The position numbers and the translations under genes are program-made. From an uncultured bacterium (GTDB taxonomy: Bacteria; Verrucomicrobiota; Kiritimatiellia; Kiritimatiellales; Pontiellaceae), in the NCBI GenBank assembly GCA_965372395.1, contig CBDVCB010000002.1:975-64974 (forward strand): 64,000 nucleotides of DNA, written 5' to 3'. This document shows, one piece after another, positions 56,630 to 64,000 of this stretch. Within the stretch, counting starts at the first letter, position 1. Each line of letters starts with the position of its first letter. The notes beneath the pieces are model-generated. The model did no database searches. It saw nothing but the letters and a program-made list of their open reading frames with translations, and had not been told where the DNA came from.

Positions 56630-57586
56630 ATGAAATACAGAAGAGTCGGAACCTCCGGATTAAGAGTCAGTGAAATTGCATATGGCTCGTGGCTGACCTT
56701 TGCGAATCAGGTTGAACTTGAGAATGCCAAGGCCATTATCAAGAAAGCCTTCGAACTGGGGATCAACTATATCGATACCGCTGATGTATATGAGAACGGC
56801 GCGGCCGAAACCCTGCTGGGCCAGATCCTTCCTGAATATGACCGGTCAACCTATGTGGTGGCGACGAAATGCTACTTCCCTATATCGGATCATGAAACAA
56901 ACAAAGGGTTGAGCAGAAAACATATCATCGACTCGATACACAAGAGTTTGGAACGGCTCCATTTGGATTATGTGGATCTGCTCTACTGCCACCGCTTCGA
57001 TGAAGAGGCGCCCATTGAAGAAACCCTTCGCGCAATGAACGATCTCGTCACACGGGGGCTCGCGACCTACTGGGGGGTGAGCGAGTGGAGTGCAACCCAG
57101 ATTGACGAGGCGATCAATCTATGTAACAGGCATGGTTGGGCAAAGCCGGTGGTGAATCAACCCCTCTACAACCTTATCGCCCGTGGTATTGAGAAAGAAA
57201 TTATGCCTATGGCCGACAATCATGGACTGGGAATTGCCAACTTTTGCCCCCTTGCCCAAGGCATCTTAACGGGAAAATATTCTGGCGGCAGAATACCCGA
57301 GGGAAGTCGTGGTTCAAACGAGGCCATCAATGCCTTCATGCGCAATGAGCTGGGCAACACCGAACTTCTCGATCGAGTTGATTCCCTTGGAGCGATTGCG
57401 AAAAAGTATGGGCTGACTATTGCCCAGCTGTCTCTTGCATGGGTTCTTCAAAACAAATCGATCAGCTGTGTGCTTACTGGAGCAAGCTCTGCCGAACAGT
57501 TGGAGTCGAATGTAGAAGCATCGGGGGTAGACCTCAAAGCCGAAGATATGGCTTCCATTGAAGTGTTGTTCCCTGCTCCAAAATAG
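56630..57586 (+). CDS. Aldo/keto reductase (Kv-beta-like family)
   Basis: GLRVSEIAYGSW, IDTADVY, VATK, LHLDYVDLLYCHRFD, GVSEW, PLAQGILTGKY. Confidence 0.92.
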   Translation: MKYRRVGTSGLRVSEIAYGSWLTFANQVELENAKAIIKKAFELGINYIDTADVYENGAAETLLGQILPEYDRSTYVVATKCYFPISDHETNKGLSRKHIIDSIHKSLERLHLDYVDLLYCHRFDEEAPIEETLRAMNDLVTRGLATYWGVSEWSATQIDEAINLCNRHGWAKPVVNQPLYNLIARGIEKEIMPMADNHGLGIANFCPLAQGILTGKYSGGRIPEGSRGSNEAINAFMRNELGNTELLDRVDSLGAIAKKYGLTIAQLSLAWVLQNKSISCVLTGASSAEQLESNVEASGVDLKAEDMASIEVLFPAPK

Positions 57587-57684
57587 GGAGAACGCTTTAC
57601 AGTGATTTCGCTTTTTCCGACCGACTCGATGCCGTCGTCTGGAACTGCGATCCGGAAGTGGTAGATTTTCCCGCGTTTGATCAC
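57580..57684 (-). pseudogene. N-terminal stub of an integrase (DUF6538-like arm-binding segment)
   Basis: MIKRGKIYHFRIAVPDDGIESVGKSEITVK resembles R..IY.FR..VP.D...VGK.EI of island integrases; lies just 3' of tRNA-Ser(GGA). Confidence 0.5.
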
Positions 57685-57712
57685 GCCTTATTAGGGAGAG
57701 CCGAAAAAGAAG

Positions 57713-57804
<92 letters not shown>

Positions 57805-57917
57805 TGAAGTTGAGCGAGTCGGGAAGCTACAGGCTTCAAATCCGAAAATCAACCGGGTTTTCCCAGAAAATGGTTGAGACTCTCGCATCTCCGCTTTGGC
57901 AAGGATGCAGCAACTGG

Positions 57918-58817
57918 TCATTCCTGTGCACGCAGCTGTTTTATTGCCGCAGCAAATTCCCGCCCCAGACGAAGCTGCCCGGCGGCATTGTAGTGCACGG
58001 TGTCGGGAAGCATGCCAAAACCATCGGTCGAAACCATTTTTACCCGGTCAATGGCTTCGGGTCGGCCCGACGCTGCATCTGCCGCCGCCATCTGGTTTCG
58101 GATTTCGTCGCGATGCGTAAATTTGGCCAAGGGCGGTTCATGGGGGAGCACCTGCCCAAAAACCATGGGTATGGGTTCTTCGAGGTTCAAGTCCTCGGCG
58201 ATGCGCCGGTGAAGTCGTTTCAGGCTGGTGGCATAGGCCGTGGCCGACACCTCGTTTTTACTGTCCTGCTCCCCCTGCATCCAGAGGAATCCCCTGACCA
58301 CCGGGGTGTGGACCTGATCTTCAAGAGCGCCGATGCCGGCACGGAACCGTTCGCGCATCTTGGCGTAGAGAATGCCCTGGTTGCCATCGCCGGGCTTCTC
58401 GCCGGGATAAAAGTTCCGACGTCCGGGAGCGGGATTGCCGCCCATCCAGTGGTTGCCGTTCCAACCATGGTGCAGGGGTTGGCCGCTGACATGATATTTA
58501 ATGAGATAAACCGGTCGATCCGCCGTTGCCATGGCCAAGGCAAAGCCGAGCTCCGGCCCAAACTCCCCTACCCGCGTGGAGGATTTGGTCTTGCCCAGAA
58601 CGAACGGCTCGAATGCGGCTCCGTTCCAGAAAAAGGCGTGGGGCATGGCGTTGGTTCTGGCATACTCAACAGGAAGGTTTTTAATTTTTGCGATGCCCTG
58701 CATATTGGATTGCCCCCCGAGAATGTAGACGTCCACCTTTTTCCCCGCAGCATGTGCCGGGAGAGCCAAGATGCCCAGTAGCCCAACCGCAATCCAAATA
58801 TATAAAAGTCTCTTCAT
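57918..58817 (-). CDS. Secreted SGNH esterase, sialate O-acetylesterase (SASA) domain
   Basis: Signal peptide; ILGGQSNMQG, FGPE.GF, GFLWMQGEQDS, DTVHY. Confidence 0.88.
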   Translation of the reverse strand: MKRLLYIWIAVGLLGILALPAHAAGKKVDVYILGGQSNMQGIAKIKNLPVEYARTNAMPHAFFWNGAAFEPFVLGKTKSSTRVGEFGPELGFALAMATADRPVYLIKYHVSGQPLHHGWNGNHWMGGNPAPGRRNFYPGEKPGDGNQGILYAKMRERFRAGIGALEDQVHTPVVRGFLWMQGEQDSKNEVSATAYATSLKRLHRRIAEDLNLEEPIPMVFGQVLPHEPPLAKFTHRDEIRNQMAAADAASGRPEAIDRVKMVSTDGFGMLPDTVHYNAAGQLRLGREFAAAIKQLRAQE

Positions 58818-58845
58818 CTGCGAACTCCTCGATTAAACCACGCCG

Positions 58846-59337
58846 CTACCCCCGGAAAATAATAAACTTGCGGGCAACAAAGTTGATGAGCGTAGTGGAG
58901 ACGGCCTTGGCAACGTAGGAAAAGCTAAAGGAAAGGCCAAAGTTGCGGATCAACGTTGCCCCGATTTCCGTGCCGATGCCGACACTGACGGCGGATACCA
59001 GATAGAACAACCCGATCTCCTTCCAACGACTGTGCTTGCCGGACTCGAAAACAAACCGCACGTTCAAGAGATAGGCAACCAGGTTGGAAACCATGAAGGC
59101 GCATACATTTGAAATACGAAAATTGACGACGCGCACACTTTCCTCAATCGGATCGACTTGCATGTTGAACAGACGCACCAGCACATCGTCCTGGGTCAGT
59201 GCCGGAAAAAGCAGCCAAGCCACCAAAAAGCAGACCGCCATATCGATGCCCAGCGCAAACCCTCCGCATAAAGAATATTTTATGAACTGGACGCCGGAGT
59301 GATTCTTTTCAAGCAGGACTTTTTTCAAATCTACCAT
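58846..59337 (-). CDS. GtrA family membrane protein
   Basis: QFIKYSLCGG, AF.VS..VAY.LN.RFVF, AKAVS...NFVARKFIIF. Confidence 0.85.
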   Translation of the reverse strand: MVDLKKVLLEKNHSGVQFIKYSLCGGFALGIDMAVCFLVAWLLFPALTQDDVLVRLFNMQVDPIEESVRVVNFRISNVCAFMVSNLVAYLLNVRFVFESGKHSRWKEIGLFYLVSAVSVGIGTEIGATLIRNFGLSFSFSYVAKAVSTTLINFVARKFIIFRG

Positions 59338-59742
59338 TATTTTAAGCTACCCTAGTCCCCGGTGATTAGCAAATTCCAACTTAAAGAAATGCCCCGGACG
59401 CCTATTTTTTTATCGTGCGCAACCGACCGAAATGCTAGCGTCCAAACTGAAGTTAGGAAAAGGAACAAAGCCCTACGTGGTTCGCGGAAATAGACAGACT
59501 TCCTCTTACCCAATGATTCCTAAAAGGGAGCTTAGCTTCGGATCGGCGCCTGCATGCCCTTGAAAAAGGGAGGGTTCTGGAAACCGGTTTGATTCGCGCC
59601 CACATCTATCACACGGTGATAGAGGATTGTCTACGGTCGGCCAACGCGGGGCTCCTTCTCCTCACTTCGTTTTTTTTGTTCGTAATGCGCAACGAGTCAT
59701 TCGCGCTTCAATTTCTTCCCAAATCCCGCTATCTTCCCGGAC

Positions 59743-61125
59743 ATGGATCTTTTCGAGGGACAATCCAAAGCACCGAAACCAAAGCCCGGCGCGGGCACCG
59801 CCCCGCTTGCGGCGCGAATGCGACCGCAGGCGCTCGACGAAATCGTTGGGCAGAACCACATACTCGGAGTCGACAAGCTGTTGCGGCGCGCCATCGAAGC
59901 CGATCGCATCAGCAGCATCATTCTCTATGGCCCGCCCGGTTGCGGAAAGACGACGCTGGCGGAGGTGATTGCCAAAACCACTGATCGGCGCTTCGAACGC
60001 ACCAGCGGCGTGCTGGCCAACGTCGCAATCCTGCGCGAGCTTCTCAAAGCGGCTGTCCATTGGAAAAAGATGAACGGGCAGGAGACGATCCTGTTTATCG
60101 ACGAAATCCACCGCTTCAACAAATCCCAGCAGGACGTATTGCTGCCCTATGTTGAAAACGGCGACATCATCCTCATCGGAGCCACCACGCACAACCCCTT
60201 CTTCTTCATCAATACCCCGCTCAACTCGCGCTCGCAGATTTTCCAGCTCCAGCCGCTGGACGAACCGTCGGTCGTGAAGGTGCTGGAACGCGCGCTGACT
60301 GCACCGACGGGCCTGAACGGGCTCGTCACCGCATCGGAAGACGGGCTGGCGCATCTCGCGGCGGTTTGCGAAGGCGATGCCCGCCGCGCGCTCAACGCGC
60401 TGGAAATCGCCGCCCTCACCACCCCGCCGAACGACGGCGGCATGGTGCATCTGACAAAACACGAGATTGAAGAGTCGGTGCAGAAGAAGGCCGTGAACTA
60501 CGACCACGACGAAGACGAGCACTACGACACCATCTCGGCCTTCATCAAAAGCGTGCGCGGCTCCGATCCCAACGCGGCGGTCTACTGGCTGGCCAAGATG
60601 CTCTATGCCGGCGAAGACCCGCGCTTCATCGCCCGTCGTCTGGTGATCCTCGCCTCGGAAGACATCGGCAACGCCGATCCGCGCGGACTGACGCTCGCCG
60701 TATCCGCGATGCAGGCGGTCGAGTTCATTGGGATGCCCGAAGGCCGCATCACGCTCTCGCAAGCCACCACCTACCTCGCGTGCGCCCCGAAGAGCAACGC
60801 AGCCTACCTCGCCATAAACGCCGCACTCGACGATGTCGAAAACGGACGCACCCTGCCCGTTCCCAAGCATCTTCAAAGTGGACCAAAGCCCGATAAAGGC
60901 GATGCGGAATACAAGTATGCCCACAATGGAGACGGCCACTTTGTCGATCAGGAATATGTCCCGACCGACAAGGTCTACTACGAGCCGACCCACCAAGGCT
61001 ACGAGGAGACCATCCGCAAGCGCATCGAACACTGGAACGGCCTGCGGAACCGCAAAACACCGAACAAGGATGCAAAGCGAGGCTGGAGGAACGACGGCAA
61101 CGACCACAGGGAGAGGCAATCCTGA
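59743..61125 (+). CDS. rarA: Replication-associated recombination protein A (MgsA family AAA+ ATPase)
   Basis: PLAARMRP, GPPGCGKTT, FIDEIHRFNKSQQD, GATT.NP, HYDTISAFIKSVRGSDP, ASEDIG.ADP. Confidence 0.96.
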   Translation: MDLFEGQSKAPKPKPGAGTAPLAARMRPQALDEIVGQNHILGVDKLLRRAIEADRISSIILYGPPGCGKTTLAEVIAKTTDRRFERTSGVLANVAILRELLKAAVHWKKMNGQETILFIDEIHRFNKSQQDVLLPYVENGDIILIGATTHNPFFFINTPLNSRSQIFQLQPLDEPSVVKVLERALTAPTGLNGLVTASEDGLAHLAAVCEGDARRALNALEIAALTTPPNDGGMVHLTKHEIEESVQKKAVNYDHDEDEHYDTISAFIKSVRGSDPNAAVYWLAKMLYAGEDPRFIARRLVILASEDIGNADPRGLTLAVSAMQAVEFIGMPEGRITLSQATTYLACAPKSNAAYLAINAALDDVENGRTLPVPKHLQSGPKPDKGDAEYKYAHNGDGHFVDQEYVPTDKVYYEPTHQGYEETIRKRIEHWNGLRNRKTPNKDAKRGWRNDGNDHRERQS

Positions 61126-61695
61126 ATGTCGAAGGGAATGGCATCCAAACAGGACATACGCCGGAAAATGGCCGCCAAACGCAAGGCGCTGGAACCCGAA
61201 TGGCTGGAACCCGCCAGCGCTCGGGTGGTGGAAAACTTCCAGGCACTGGATGCCTTCCAATCCGCGAAAACCGTCGCGCTCTACATCGCCATTGGCGGCG
61301 AAGTGAATCTCGAAACGCTGTTTCCAACGTGCTGGAAACTCGGCAAGCGCACGTGTATTCCTGTTTTCAACGAGGGAACCAAACTCTATGAAATGGCCGA
61401 AATCGCGGAGGAGACCCCCTGCCGCATAGGCCACTACGGCATCCGCGAGCCGATCTTCCCCTCCCTCGTTTCCATGGATAAAATCAACTTGATTGCCGTG
61501 CCCGGCGTCGCTTTCGACCCGTATGGTAACCGTCTTGGACGCGGCGGCGGCCACTATGATCGCCTGCTGGACGGCTTTTCCGGCGAAGTAGCAGCCGTCG
61601 CCTTCGATTTCCAGATTCTGCCCGGAATCCCCACCGATGCGCACGACAAGCCCGTGCAGTGCATTGCGACCGAATCGAAAATTCTTAATATTTGA
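61126..61695 (+). CDS. 5-formyltetrahydrofolate cyclo-ligase
   Basis: KQDIRRKM, YGIREP, VPGVAFD..GNRLGRGGGHYDRLL, HDKPV. Confidence 0.93.
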   Translation: MSKGMASKQDIRRKMAAKRKALEPEWLEPASARVVENFQALDAFQSAKTVALYIAIGGEVNLETLFPTCWKLGKRTCIPVFNEGTKLYEMAEIAEETPCRIGHYGIREPIFPSLVSMDKINLIAVPGVAFDPYGNRLGRGGGHYDRLLDGFSGEVAAVAFDFQILPGIPTDAHDKPVQCIATESKILNI

Positions 61696-61703
61696 ACGAA
61701 CGT

Positions 61704-61731
61704 TAGACAAAGCCTGCTGTCGCAGTATAGT
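61704..61731 (+). promoter_or_regulatory. Putative sigma70 promoter for rny
   Basis: TAGACA (61704-61709), 16-nt spacer, TATAGT (61726-61731). Confidence 0.5.
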
Positions 61732-61835
61732 ATTGCGCGTTCAAACAATAAGGGGATCGCTTCCGCCCAGATGTTGCAGCACCATTGCTTCGGGCTTTCC
61801 ATGGGGCGCGGTCCAACATGAAAAGGAGGTTTACC

Positions 61836-63395
61836 ATGGAAGAAATGTTTACCGGACAGGCTTTGATCGTCAACATTGCCTTTATTGTGCTTGGATTCTT
61901 TTTCCATGCCTACATCACCAAAACCAACGCCATAGCGGCCAGCAAGCAAAGCAAGTCCATTCTGGACAAGGCCCAGAAGGAAGCCGATATCGTGCGCCGC
62001 GAAGCCAAGGTACAGGCCAAGGACGCCGTGCTGCGCGCCCGCGAAAATTCCGAGAAGGAAAGCTCCTCCCAGCGCAAGGATATCCTGGATCTGGAAAAAC
62101 GGGTGGTCGGGCGCGAAAAAAACCTTTCGAGCAAATTGGAAATGCTCAGCAGCAAGGATCTGCAGCTCGCGGGGCGTCTCACCGAAGTCCAAGACCAGAA
62201 GGGTGTGCTCAAGGAAAAGGAAAAAAAGCTCGAAGGCCTGATCCTGGAAGAAACCAACCGCATCGAAAAAGCGGCCAACCTCTCCAAGGACGACGCCCGT
62301 AAAACCATAATGACCCGCATGGAAGACGAGTTGAAAGCCGAAGCCGGCGGTTTGATCCGGCATGTTCAAAAAGAAGCCAAGCAAGAGGCCGAAAAGAAGG
62401 CCCGGGAACTCATTGCCATCGCGGTTCAACGCTACGCCGCCGAAACCGTGTGCGACCTTACAACCAGCACCGTGTCCCTTGTAAGCGACGACATCAAGGG
62501 CCGTATTATCGGCAGGGAAGGCCGCAACATTAAATCGTTCGAAGCGGAAACGGGTGTCAATGTACTCATTGACGAAACCCCGGAAGTGGTGGTTCTTTCC
62601 AGCTTCGACCCCATTCGCCGCGAAGTGGCGCGCATAGCCCTTGAAGAGCTGATCGAGGACGGACGCATCCATCCCGTACGCATCGAGGAAACCGTCGCCA
62701 AGGTGCGCGAAGAACTCGATACCTGCATCCGTCGCGCAGGAGAGGAAGCCCTCTTCGGTCTCGGGATCACCGGTGTCGCTCCCAAACTCGTGCAAATCCT
62801 CGGCAAGCTGAAGTTCCGGACCAGCTACAAGCAAAACGTACTCGACCATTCCGTCGAGGCCGCGCACCTCCTTGCCATCATGGCGGCCGAATTGGGGCTC
62901 GACGTCAAACTGGCCAAGCGCATCGGAATTTTCCACGATATCGGCAAGGCCGTCGACCACGAGGTCGAGGGCGGGCATGCGAGCATTGGTGCCAACCTGC
63001 TCAGGAAATATGGCGAGGACAGCGTGGTCTACACCGCCATCGGCGCCCAGCATGAGGACATGGATCGAACCAACGTCTATGCCGTGCTGTGCGATGCCGC
63101 CGATGCCATGACCGCTGCGCGGCCGGGCGCACGCATGGAAACCACCGACCTCTACATCCAGCGACTCGAAAAAATCGAGAAGATCTGCAACCAATATGCA
63201 GGCGTCAAGAGCAGCTACGCCGTTCAGGCCGGACGCGAGGTGCGCATCATGGTCGAACCCGAAACATTCACCGACCATGCCACCCAATTGCTGGCCCGCA
63301 ACATTGCCAAGCAGATCGGCAAGGAAGTCAAGGTTCCGGGCATCGTCCGCGTCACCGTAATCCGCGAAATGCGATGCGTCGAATATGCAAAATAA
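61836..63395 (+). CDS. rny: Ribonuclease Y
   Basis: N-terminal TM and coiled coil, KH (KGRIIGREGRNI), HD (NVLDHS.E...FHDIGKA), ARPGAR, QAGREVR. SD AAGGAGG before ATG 61836. Confidence 0.96.
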   Translation: MEEMFTGQALIVNIAFIVLGFFFHAYITKTNAIAASKQSKSILDKAQKEADIVRREAKVQAKDAVLRARENSEKESSSQRKDILDLEKRVVGREKNLSSKLEMLSSKDLQLAGRLTEVQDQKGVLKEKEKKLEGLILEETNRIEKAANLSKDDARKTIMTRMEDELKAEAGGLIRHVQKEAKQEAEKKARELIAIAVQRYAAETVCDLTTSTVSLVSDDIKGRIIGREGRNIKSFEAETGVNVLIDETPEVVVLSSFDPIRREVARIALEELIEDGRIHPVRIEETVAKVREELDTCIRRAGEEALFGLGITGVAPKLVQILGKLKFRTSYKQNVLDHSVEAAHLLAIMAAELGLDVKLAKRIGIFHDIGKAVDHEVEGGHASIGANLLRKYGEDSVVYTAIGAQHEDMDRTNVYAVLCDAADAMTAARPGARMETTDLYIQRLEKIEKICNQYAGVKSSYAVQAGREVRIMVEPETFTDHATQLLARNIAKQIGKEVKVPGIVRVTVIREMRCVEYAK

Positions 63396-63448
63396 TGCGT
63401 AGTCGTAGTACCACACATTGCGAATTACGCATCACGAAAAGGAAACCC

Positions 63449-64000
63449 ATGGGCAAAGTGGTTGAACTAAAGCATCCGCTGGTGAGCCATCACCTAGCCA
63501 CCTTGCGCGACCAATCCACCCCGCCGCACCAGTTTCGCGAGCAGATCCGCCGCCTCTCCCTGCTGCTCGCCTACGAAGCAACGGCCGGACTGCCCCTCAA
63601 ACCCGTCAGCGTCAGGACCCCGCTTACGGAAACAGAATGCGAAGAGCTAGGTTGCCGAATTGGCCTTGTTCCAATCCTGCGAGCCGGGCTAGGCATGTCC
63701 GATGCCGTTCAGGATTTGATTCCGCAGGCCGAGGTGTGGCACCTCGGTTTCTATCGCGACGAGTCAACGTATCAGCCCATTGAATACTACCAAAAGTTTT
63801 CCGCCCATCCGCCAGAAACCGCCTTTATCCTCGATCCCATGCTCGCCACCGGCGGTTCCGCCTGCGAAGGCATCGATAGGGTGAGGAAATGGGGGGTGGA
63901 TGAAATTTCCCTGCTCTGCATCATCGCCGCGCCGGAAGGCATCGAAAAGGTTTCCGCCGCACACCCCGATATCGATATTTTCGTCTGCGCCATTGACGAC
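63449..64000 (+). CDS. upp: Uracil phosphoribosyltransferase (partial, runs off the right edge)
   Basis: Manual translation: HPLV.H.L..LRD, VPILRAGLGM, ILDPMLATGGSA. Confidence 0.93.
   Translation, partial: MGKVVELKHPLVSHHLATLRDQSTPPHQFREQIRRLSLLLAYEATAGLPLKPVSVRTPLTETECEELGCRIGLVPILRAGLGMSDAVQDLIPQAEVWHLGFYRDESTYQPIEYYQKFSAHPPETAFILDPMLATGGSACEGIDRVRKWGVDEISLLCIIAAPEGIEKVSAAHPDIDIFVCAIDD

Noticed and set aside
59662-61710. 682-aa antisense ORF; likewise 61554-63416, 46046-47527 and other long shadow ORFs
   Set aside because: They lie opposite clearly recognised genes (rarA, rny, ftsI). Long antisense frames are expected with GC-rich codon bias, and they show no recognisable motifs.
61696-61835. 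6S RNA between the 5-FTHF cyclo-ligase gene and rny
   Set aside because: Only about 100 nt follow the predicted promoter, too short for the ~180-nt 6S rod.

Overview
GC-rich bacterial chromosome segment, most consistent with a PVC-superphylum organism (Kiritimatiellota/Verrucomicrobiota-like; inferred from the murD-LysM-ftsW order, str/S10 layout and secreted-protein style, not from a search). Left to right: (i) 1-6.2 kb sugar-use cluster with a partial GH115 gene carrying an inserted module, a secreted FN3 protein and a GntR/LacI-type regulator; (ii) a 464-bp internally deleted IS derivative, a secreted DsrE protein and polA; (iii) a 10.2-16.7 kb accessory stretch (lipoprotein, VapBC, cupin, NYN/LOTUS, SDR, prmC, SprT-like, orn); (iv) ackA-pta; (v) the str-S10-spc-alpha ribosomal supercluster (19.2-36.4 kb, minus strand) lacking tuf, rpsN, rpmD and rpsD, with a divergent EF-G and a divergent IF-1; (vi) two RNA-modification genes and a dcw cluster (mraZ to ftsW) that stops before murG; (vii) a NUDIX gene and a frameshifted membrane-anchored gene; (viii) a very small (about 3.15 kb) integrative element at tRNA-Ser(TGA), bounded by an exact 18-bp direct repeat and carrying an integrase, an HTH/ImmA-IrrE pair and a small ORF; (ix) a second tRNA-Ser(GGA) with an integrase stub; (x) SASA esterase, GtrA, rarA, 5-FTHF cyclo-ligase, rny and partial upp. 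No CRISPR array or rRNA seen. All product calls come from motif recognition; no database search was run.
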